This document shows, one piece after another, positions 32,820 through 39,510 of a DNA stretch of 43,063 nucleotides. The notes beneath the pieces were generated by a model. The model did no database searches. It was not told the origin of the DNA and worked only from the letters and a program-made list of their open reading frames with translations. A program made the translations under genes and the position numbers. The first letter of the stretch is position 1, and each line of letters starts with the position of its first letter. Source of the stretch: a virus; IMG/VR virus record IMGVR_UViG_3300006904_000002. One strand, 5' to 3'.

Positions 32820-32957
32820 AAATACTACTCACTAACTTCATAACGAAGATTTAAAAGTATCCACATTCCTAAATATATTTCTTTTAATTCTGTAGATACT
32901 TTAGACTTCCAAACTAAGCTACCTTGTTGATGTTTGTATGCTCTCCATGACCAGTAA

Positions 32958-33215
32958 TTAGACATAGCAATTAAAACTCCTTACTTGGTCTTTAATCAGA
33001 TCGCCAATAATACGAACTGGTTGATCTAGACAATAATCCTCAAAATCAGATAGATTGTCAAGGAAATTCAATCTGTCCCAATGAGAAATAAATACTGATA
33101 AATTAGCACGACTCAATTTAGCTATCATTCTACGCAAATCCTGAGCCATACCAACGTAATCATTCTCAATAACTTTGGTATTAGGAGCATTCAAACTTTC
33201 TGTAATTTGGTTCAA
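32958..33215 (-). CDS. Hypothetical protein (85 aa)
   Basis: ORF in the track. Confidence 0.55.
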   Translation of the reverse strand: MNQITESLNAPNTKVIENDYVGMAQDLRRMIAKLSRANLSVFISHWDRLNFLDNLSDFEDYCLDQPVRIIGDLIKDQVRSFNCYV

Positions 33216-33217
33216 GG

Positions 33218-33430
33218 TTATTCTCCTATCTTTCTAGCAAATTCCATACTCTCATCTATTTTGTTAGCTAGATCTATTAAAGCGTCTTTTCTTCTATTTG
33301 AATATGGATTATTTTTAGCATAGTTGTTTTTCGTATCAACAATTTTCCAGTAAATATAAACTAAAATGTCACTGAGTTTATATCTACTAACTAAATCATC
33401 AAGGATTTGTTTATCTTCTTCTAAGATCAT
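33218..33430 (-). CDS. Hypothetical protein (70 aa), paralog of 33631..33852
   Basis: Shared C-terminus ALIDLANKIDESMEFARKIGE vs KLIDLSNKLNDLSHWAKSIGE. Confidence 0.6.
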   Translation of the reverse strand: MILEEDKQILDDLVSRYKLSDILVYIYWKIVDTKNNYAKNNPYSNRRKDALIDLANKIDESMEFARKIGE

Positions 33431-33630
33431 ACTTTCTCCGAATGATTATTAACTAGAGTTTTATATTCTTTAGTTAGTGTCGCATACGATCTACTTAAAA
33501 GAACTGGACTAAGACCTTTTCTTTTAAGCAATCTTTGTGCTAAACAAAGTAATTTATATCCTCTGCTAGATTGACCAGAGTGATAGTCATTACAGAAATG
33601 AGCAATAGCATACAATTTCTTTGCTGACAT
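33427..33630 (-). CDS. Hypothetical basic protein (67 aa)
   Basis: ORF in the track; ATGA overlap downstream. Confidence 0.55.
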   Translation of the reverse strand: MSAKKLYAIAHFCNDYHSGQSSRGYKLLCLAQRLLKRKGLSPVLLSRSYATLTKEYKTLVNNHSEKV

Positions 33631-33852
33631 TTATTCTCCTATTGATTTAGCCCAATGTGATAGATCATTAAGTTTATTGCTTAGATCAATTAACTTGTCT
33701 CCTTTATGGCCAATATATCTGTAATTCCCTATTTCTTTTCTAATAGCTGTGATTTTATCATCAACTAATGTTTCTAATGCCCAAAGGAGTTTAGAAATAC
33801 CATCCCTATCTGCTATAGTTTTGAGATATTCCATTTCATCTTGATGTAACAT
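33631..33852 (-). CDS. Hypothetical protein (73 aa), paralog of 33218..33430
   Basis: Start moved to ATG 33852, preceded by AGGAGAG. The track start at 33915 is a TTG. Confidence 0.55.
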   Translation of the reverse strand: MLHQDEMEYLKTIADRDGISKLLWALETLVDDKITAIRKEIGNYRYIGHKGDKLIDLSNKLNDLSHWAKSIGE

Positions 33853-33957
33853 ATTCTCTCCTATTCTAAGTTTAATTAACTTCTCAATAGAGCATATATC
33901 CAGGCAACTAGCCAACCTAAAGTAGAGAATTTAGGCTTTCATAGTCTCTACACTACT

Positions 33958-33985
33958 AAGATAATATGCTCTATTCAAAAGTCAA
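33958..33985 (-). promoter_or_regulatory. Sigma70-like promoter (TTGACT-16-TATCTT)
   Basis: Forward AGTCAA 33980-33985 and AAGATA 33958-33963, in an intergenic gap. Confidence 0.4.
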
Positions 33986-34020
33986 TTAAATAAGTTAATT
34001 CAACCAATCCGGTTTAAGGG

Positions 34021-34251
34021 TTAATTACCGTCTACTTCGTTGTTATAGTTGTCAAATTTCTCAACTAACTTTTTAAATGTCGCTGCTGGCAAACCATAAT
34101 AAAGAGTTTGGAAGATTTCTTCAGCCTCTTTATTAGTTATCTCTTCAAACTCTTTATCTGATAATTCTCTAAACTCTTTGTTTTCTACATAAAGACTTTC
34201 TATTTTCCATTCCGTAGTCTCTGCGGCTTTCATAACTATAAGTGTTTTCAT
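34021..34251 (-). CDS. Hypothetical acidic protein (76 aa) bracketed by 10-bp inverted repeats
   Basis: ATG 34251 is preferred over TTG 34257. IR arms are CCAATCCGGT 34004-34013 and ACCGGATTGG 34269-34278. Confidence 0.55.
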   Translation of the reverse strand: MKTLIVMKAAETTEWKIESLYVENKEFRELSDKEFEEITNKEAEEIFQTLYYGLPAATFKKLVEKFDNYNNEVDGN

Positions 34252-34373
34252 ACTCAATCTCTCTTTCTACCGGATTGGCTCAACTAACCTATTTAATTGT
34301 CAATGAACTAAATTTACTTACAATAGCCTCTATTGGATTTGATCCTACAGCTAAACTGTAGAGGCTGATATAA

Positions 34374-34577
34374 CTATTTGCTAATTGGTGTTAAAATATA
34401 TTGATTCCCATCATAATCCATAACAGAAATCAATCCATTATACTTTGTTGATGAAGTATCTTCAACAATTGATATATGTTTTGATTCATATATCATTTTA
34501 CTATGAATAAATGGTGAATAACCATATTCATCATTTTCACAGAATTCTGATCCACAATTACACTTTATTTTATTCAT
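34374..34577 (-). CDS. Hypothetical protein (67 aa, N-terminal CxC...C)
   Basis: ORF in the track, downstream of the promoter at 34615..34643. Confidence 0.55.
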   Translation of the reverse strand: MNKIKCNCGSEFCENDEYGYSPFIHSKMIYESKHISIVEDTSSTKYNGLISVMDYDGNQYILTPISK

Positions 34578-34614
34578 ATCTTAGTACCAGAACATCTTAG
34601 GTTTCTGAAAAGAG

Positions 34615-34643
34615 ATCATAATCTTGATCTTTCCAATTGTCAA
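34615..34643 (-). promoter_or_regulatory. Sigma70-like promoter (TTGACA-17-TATGAT)
   Basis: Forward TGTCAA 34638-34643 and ATCATA 34615-34620, with an exact 17-nt spacer. Confidence 0.55.
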
Positions 34644-34688
34644 CCACTTTGTATATCGTTTCTTAGGTCTAATGAGATATTCCATAAC

Positions 34689-34877
34689 TTAATCATTAAA
34701 ATATGAACTAACTGGTATGTATGTTGATTCAATTCTCTCAACAGCTACAGTATATTTCAAGGTAGCCCAATTAGCATTTCTATCATAGATAGTCGCTTTA
34801 TAACCAAGTTTATTTACCCTACGTTTGTAGATTAGTGCTTCTTTCATTGTCTTAAATCTAACACTTCTCATCAACAT
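34689..34877 (-). CDS. First gene of the minus (early) arm, hypothetical (62 aa)
   Basis: AGGAG lies 8 nt upstream of ATG 34877. Confidence 0.6.
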   Translation of the reverse strand: MLMRSVRFKTMKEALIYKRRVNKLGYKATIYDRNANWATLKYTVAVERIESTYIPVSSYFND

Positions 34878-35078
34878 ATTCTTAATCTCCTATTCTAAAG
34901 TTAGTTGTTATTCTCACTTTGTTAGTTCTTGTCTCTGTCGGGAAGTATATATGCATCTATTGTGCCAAACTATATAAACTTAGATGAATAAAGGAGTTAT
35001 TAGGTTGTCTCAATAATGGGATTTATTATTCCCATAAATGGGAAAATGTAAGTATAAGTAAATAAAGTATTTATATAT

Positions 35079-35243
35079 GTATACTATATAGTATTGTACT
35101 ATATGGTATATACTATTTAGTATTAAATGTATAATATATAGTATAAGTATATGTATATAATATACTTAAGTATTATATACTATATGGTATATATAATATA
35201 CGTTTTAGTATATATTATATGATTACTATATAAAGCATAGTAA
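35079..35243. repeat. Array of AT-rich palindromic / iteron-like repeats (consensus about TACTATATrGTAT)
   Basis: 14-nt perfect palindrome ATACTATATAGTAT at 35081-35094. 16-nt exact direct repeat TACTATATGGTATATA at 35097-35112 and 35178-35193. Degenerate copies at 35109-35123 and 35136-35146. TACTATATAAAGCATAGTAA at 35224-35243 recurs at 35624-35643. Confidence 0.7.
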
Positions 35244-35370
35244 ACAAAGGAGATATACTAGTCTAAGTATCCCTAGAGAATAATCACCTCATATGTATCC
35301 TTATATAGCAATATGCAAAAGAGAACAAAGGGAACTTAAATGCCTTAATATCATATACTTATATATCTAT

Positions 35371-35530
35371 ATACCCCACCCATTCTATAGTATTTGTATT
35401 ACCCTATGCATAGGGGGGTATTAGGGGGGATCGAGGTTTCTCCTGGTTGACCAGGAGCAGGATTGATTGCAATGGATCAATGGTGCTAGGCAATAAGGCA
35501 ATGGCACCCACTTGCCCCATGTACATTGCA
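35371..35530. other. G+C-rich island in the control region (candidate pac/cos site, origin element or ncRNA)
   Basis: CCCTATGCATAGGG palindrome at 35402-35415. G6 runs. Hairpin CTCCTGG-ttga-CCAGGAG at 35440-35457. CAATGG x3 at 35470, 35478 and 35499. Long-range pairing of TTGCAAT 35467-73 with ATTGCAA 35524-30. Confidence 0.4.
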
Positions 35531-35589
35531 AATTATGTTGACTAATCACTACCACACACATAAAAATTTTATATAGAACTAAATTATAC

Positions 35590-35618
35590 TTGACATATAA
35601 TAATATATAATATATAAT
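35590..35618 (+). promoter_or_regulatory. Consensus sigma70 promoter (TTGACA-17-TATAAT) for the plus arm
   Basis: TTGACA 35590-35595 and TATAAT 35613-35618, 120 nt upstream of ATG 35738. Confidence 0.6.
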
Positions 35619-35737
35619 ACATATACTATATAAGCATGTAGTAATTACTCCTTGAGCAAAGTAAGTAAGATAATTAAATTATGTGTCTCATTTAGTTATC
35701 TTACTTACTTATACAAAGAAGAGAATAGAAAGAAAGT

Positions 35738-36172
35738 ATGAATAACTTAAAATTAGTTAAACAAGAAGAGAATCAATTAGAACAAAGTCAACTAAAGATG
35801 GAAATAGTTAAATCTATATCTTTAGGAGAATGTACTATTCCAGAAGATATAGTAACTAAGTTTGATATTCCATATGAACAAGTTATAACTTTATTCAATG
35901 ATCCTAACTTTACTAATCTTATAGCTAATTATACTAAAGCTAAACTTAGTATGAACTTTCATACTAAAGCAGTTCCTAGATTAATGAATATAGTAGATAG
36001 TGAAGATAACAAAGAATCTATAACTGCAATTAAGTTATTAGCTCAACTTACTCAGAATCTTAAAGGAGTACAAAGTACAGATGTAAATATAAATCTTAAT
36101 TTAGAATCTCTAGTTAAAGAGACTGAGAAACAAGTTAATTTTATAAATGTAGAATCCCGGAAAGTAAGTTAA
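35738..36172 (+). CDS. First plus-arm gene; possible small terminase subunit
   Basis: Position upstream of terL. Helical 144-aa protein with an ...ESITAIKLLAQLT... segment reminiscent of TerS families (weak). Confidence 0.3.
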   Translation: MNNLKLVKQEENQLEQSQLKMEIVKSISLGECTIPEDIVTKFDIPYEQVITLFNDPNFTNLIANYTKAKLSMNFHTKAVPRLMNIVDSEDNKESITAIKLLAQLTQNLKGVQSTDVNINLNLESLVKETEKQVNFINVESRKVS

Positions 36173-36231
36173 TAAACATTTTCCATTTCTTCACTAAATA
36201 AATATATTTTTCATTTAATTGAAAATAGTAC

Positions 36232-36260
36232 TTGACATAACATTTTCCATGTGTTAGAAT
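36232..36260 (+). promoter_or_regulatory. Strong sigma70 promoter with extended -10 (TTGACA-17-TGT-TAGAAT)
   Basis: TTGACA 36232-36237, TG at 36252-36253 and TAGAAT 36255-36260. The 12-nt repeat AACATTTTCCAT lies in the spacer (36239-36250) and at 36175-36186. Confidence 0.65.
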
Positions 36261-36344
36261 GTATTTGGGATTGAGACTTGGTATAAAATATCTTGTAAAA
36301 GAGAAATGAAATTTATTTACAATTAAATTATTCAGGAAGGTCAT

Positions 36345-36833
36345 ATGAAATTTATTTTTAGTTTTATTTTGGTTTTGTTTACAGCTACATTTATTCATGC
36401 TCAGACCATTAAAGCTAGTGTTAGCTTTCTTGGTACTGAGATTCCAGTAACTAATGATCCATCAACTGTCAATGAATCTGTTCAGGGTATTTCAGTTGAC
36501 TTTGATGCTAAGATAGTAGAAAAGAATAAGTTTAGAATTGGTGGTGTATTTAACTATCAACGTCCAGTAGTTGAAGAAGGTGGGCCTAACATTTATTCAT
36601 TTGGCCCTCAGCTTAGTTATAAACTTGGTTTTGTTGAACCATTCGGAACTGCTCTCTTTGGCTTTACTGATATTGCTAAAGTTAGAGTCTTCACTAGAAC
36701 TTATCGAGGTGGTGTTGATCTTAACTTCGGTAATGTTTTCATTCGTCCCTTTTATCTCCAATACCAATTTACTGAAGGTTTCAATGTCAATGGAATTAAA
36801 CAGTATGGTGCTGGTGTAGGAGTCAGATACTAA
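36345..36833 (+). CDS. Secreted small outer-membrane beta-barrel protein (OmpX/Ail/Lom/OmpW size class)
   Basis: Signal peptide MKFIFSFILVLFTATFIHA|QT. Alternating hydrophobic pattern. C-terminus GAGVGVRY ends in an aromatic residue. AGGAAGG SD. Confidence 0.6.
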   Translation: MKFIFSFILVLFTATFIHAQTIKASVSFLGTEIPVTNDPSTVNESVQGISVDFDAKIVEKNKFRIGGVFNYQRPVVEEGGPNIYSFGPQLSYKLGFVEPFGTALFGFTDIAKVRVFTRTYRGGVDLNFGNVFIRPFYLQYQFTEGFNVNGIKQYGAGVGVRY

Positions 36834-36834
36834 C

Positions 36835-37041
36835 ATGGACAAACTTATTCAGTTTTTTGAATATGCACATCTTCCAGAAGCATTGCAACGAATTAGTATG
36901 AATTACTATAATCTTGCAATTTGGATGAAAGAAAATCTTCCATCAAATGCTGAATCAACTGTTGCAATGCGTAAACTTCTTGAAGCTAAAGATTGTGCAG
37001 TCCGTTCAGTTCTTTACAAAGATCCTACAGTGAATGTTTAA
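36835..37041 (+). CDS. Hypothetical helical protein (68 aa)
   Basis: ORF in the track; starts 2 nt after the barrel gene stop. Confidence 0.55.
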   Translation: MDKLIQFFEYAHLPEALQRISMNYYNLAIWMKENLPSNAESTVAMRKLLEAKDCAVRSVLYKDPTVNV

Positions 37042-37061
37042 TTAACTAAAGAAAATAAATT

Positions 37062-38870
37062 ATGAACAACCAGCAAATAAAAGAATATTTCACTAGGCTT
37101 AGAACTGACTTCCAGTTCTATTGCTCTGTCAATATTCCAATTAAAAATAAAGCTGGTAAATTAGTTAATTTCATTTTCAATAGAATGCAGCAACAGCTTT
37201 GGAAATGGTTCTTGGAAGACCTTTCATCAGGTAAGCCAATTAGATGGTATGTGCTAAAAGGTAGACAAATGGGAAGCACTCTCTTTTTCACTGCCTTATT
37301 CTATTGGCTTACCTCACTTAATTCAAACAAGAATGCTTGTGTAATAGCTCAAGACAAAGATGCTGCTGAAGCACTTGGTGGTAAAATACAAAATTACTAT
37401 CAACGTTCTCAACCAATGCTCAAACCTTCTGTTCGTATCATGAACAGATCACAAATTCATTTCTCTACCCCAATTGATGAATTTGAGAAAACAGGAGAAA
37501 TCGGACTTGATTGTCATATTGATTCATTTCCCATCGAACGAAAGAACTTGGGAAGATCATACACCTATCAATACGGATTACTCACTGAATATTCAATGTA
37601 TGAAGAAGTTGTTGAAGATGTTCCTGATCGAATGGATTCTCTTCTCAACACGATAGGTGACTTTGATGGAACTGTAGTTATTAAAGAAACTACACCAAAA
37701 GGTGAAGGATATGCAAAGAAAGATTGGGAAGATACACAAAATGGATTTAGAAAGATATTCATCTCTTGGGTATCAATGGATGAATATCGTATTGAAATTC
37801 CAATAAGTGAGTATTTCCAACTTAGTGAACTCGACACACCTGAATCAAGATATGGTGATGAAATAGCAGAACGTCTAAAGATTATCCATGAACTTGCTAT
37901 TTGGTGGCCCGAACTTACAACTGATTTTGAAATAGAACATGAAGTCATGTGTCGTCTTGCTTGGAGACGTTACATGATTGACAAGAAACTATCAGGAAAG
38001 AAACTTAAATTTAAACAGGAATATCCTACCTCAGTACAAGACGCTTTTTCATACTCTGCTGATTCTGTCTTTCCAGTTGATAGACTTCTTGAAATGGAAG
38101 ACTTTATAACTAAGAATAAAATCTCTCCATCTCTCTATCGCTATCATCACGATGACGTAGAGAAAGATTCAACCAAGAAATTCTATGCAGCACGTTACGG
38201 TCATCTCTCCATCTTTGAACCACCTAAGCCCAATACCGTCTACTGTATTGGTGCTGATGGAGCGCAAGGTATTCCAAATGGAGATGATTCATCAGCTTAC
38301 GTCTTAAAGCTGCCTGAAATGCAAGAAGTTGCTTGTTTCTCAGATATAATATTACCTGAAGAATTTGCAGGAGTTCTCAATTATTTAGGTTTGCTTTACA
38401 ACAAAGCTATTCTTGGCTGTGAAATTAATGACAAAGGTGGATTTGCAGCAGTAGAAAAGTTAGTTAATACATACTATTATCCAAATCTTTATTACAGAAT
38501 TAATCCACTTAAGTCAGTAGTTGAAACTAATATTCGTTATGGTTGGGTAACTGATCCTAACACTAGACAAGTAATGATTAATGACTTTACTTCATTACTA
38601 AATTCAGGAAATATTTTAATTAAATCAAAAAAACTCTTGACACAGTGTAAATCTTTTGTTATGATAAAAGGGAAGGCTCAGGCTTCACCAGGACAACATG
38701 ATGATTTAGTTATAGCTGCCATGATTGCCGTCCAAATGGCACGGCAGGCATACATACCTAGAGAATCAGTTGCTCCAAAGAATCCACCTAAATTTAGTTT
38801 TGAATGGCATATGAGGAATATGGGCAAGTCAAAAGGACAGAGAGAAACATTTAACAGGAAATTCGTATGA
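37062..38870 (+). CDS. terL: Terminase large subunit
   Basis: Walker A-like VLKGRQMGST. Walker B-like YGLLTEYS. Nuclease-half acidic motifs CIGADGAQG, GCEINDKGG and HDDLVIAAM. Confidence 0.85.
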   Translation: MNNQQIKEYFTRLRTDFQFYCSVNIPIKNKAGKLVNFIFNRMQQQLWKWFLEDLSSGKPIRWYVLKGRQMGSTLFFTALFYWLTSLNSNKNACVIAQDKDAAEALGGKIQNYYQRSQPMLKPSVRIMNRSQIHFSTPIDEFEKTGEIGLDCHIDSFPIERKNLGRSYTYQYGLLTEYSMYEEVVEDVPDRMDSLLNTIGDFDGTVVIKETTPKGEGYAKKDWEDTQNGFRKIFISWVSMDEYRIEIPISEYFQLSELDTPESRYGDEIAERLKIIHELAIWWPELTTDFEIEHEVMCRLAWRRYMIDKKLSGKKLKFKQEYPTSVQDAFSYSADSVFPVDRLLEMEDFITKNKISPSLYRYHHDDVEKDSTKKFYAARYGHLSIFEPPKPNTVYCIGADGAQGIPNGDDSSAYVLKLPEMQEVACFSDIILPEEFAGVLNYLGLLYNKAILGCEINDKGGFAAVEKLVNTYYYPNLYYRINPLKSVVETNIRYGWVTDPNTRQVMINDFTSLLNSGNILIKSKKLLTQCKSFVMIKGKAQASPGQHDDLVIAAMIAVQMARQAYIPRESVAPKNPPKFSFEWHMRNMGKSKGQRETFNRKFV

Positions 38871-39022
38871 GTAGAACACAATTTAAACAAAATAGACCAG
38901 CACAGAAATCAGTTCTTAAATCACTTATTAAGAATCACAAAAGAAACATTGGTAGAAAACTTACTTCTGATGAAATGAGAAGACTCTGCTTTAATTTTAA
39001 AGAAGCTATTAAATCTATATGA
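38867..39022 (+). CDS. 51-aa highly basic micro-protein (below the track cutoff)
   Basis: ATGA overlaps at both ends (with the terL stop and the methyltransferase start). Hand translation: MSRTQFKQNRPAQKSVLKSLIKNHKRNIGRKLTSDEMRRLCFNFKEAIKSI. Confidence 0.5.
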   Translation: MSRTQFKQNRPAQKSVLKSLIKNHKRNIGRKLTSDEMRRLCFNFKEAIKSI

Positions 39023-39510
39023 AACTCAATCTAGGTTCAGGAACAAAACTAATTGAAGGCTACACTAACATTGACATTGCCAATGGTCAATTAGTTTATC
39101 CTCTGCCTTATGAAGATGAATCAATAGATGAAATTAGGGCTAGTCACATACTTGAACATTTCTCATACAGACAGACTCTTGAAGTTTTAATTGAATGGAA
39201 TAGAGTTCTTAAACTTGATGGAATAATTAAAATATCTGTACCTAACTTTGACTATATTATAACTAATCTAAAAGATCATCCAATGTTTGAAGGTTATATC
39301 TTTGGTGGTCAAATAGATGTATATGATTTCCATCACGCTTTATTTACAGAAAAGAAGTTAAAAGAGTTACTTTGGAAAGCCTGCTTCTACAAGTTTACTC
39401 ATTGGAAGTCAGAGATTGATGATTGTGCTTCATTCGATCTTAGTTTAAATATTCAAGCAGTAAAATCATATTCGATAATTGAGACGACACCAACAGCTTA
39501 TGAACGCTAA
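39019..39510 (+). CDS. Class I SAM-dependent methyltransferase (Methyltransf_11-like; not a recognisable DNA MTase)
   Basis: Motif I LNLGSG. Motif II-III region ESIDEIRASHILEH...VLKLDGIIKISVPN. Confidence 0.6.
   Translation: MKLNLGSGTKLIEGYTNIDIANGQLVYPLPYEDESIDEIRASHILEHFSYRQTLEVLIEWNRVLKLDGIIKISVPNFDYIITNLKDHPMFEGYIFGGQIDVYDFHHALFTEKKLKELLWKACFYKFTHWKSEIDDCASFDLSLNIQAVKSYSIIETTPTAYER

Noticed and set aside
34258-34373. Sigma70 promoter at TTGACA (reverse strand, about 34296-34301)
   Set aside because: There is no acceptable -10 hexamer at 16-18 nt spacing (AGCCAA, GAGCCA). The region is more likely only the hairpin-containing 3' end of the upstream gene.
35040-35270. CRISPR-like array
   Set aside because: The repeats are short, AT-only, degenerate and partly palindromic, with irregular spacing of 0-80 nt and no unique spacers. 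No cas genes are present.
37474-38890. ORFs 37474..37656(+), 37568..37948(-) and 38678..38890(-)
   Set aside because: They are nested within or antisense to terL and are serine-rich shadow frames.
39479-39499. Track start positions using TTG/GTG or hairpin-embedded ATG extensions (39479, 646, 1331, 14331, 24787, 33915, 34257)
   Set aside because: Each has a downstream ATG with a proper Shine-Dalgarno sequence. The extensions overlap upstream genes or sit in hairpins.
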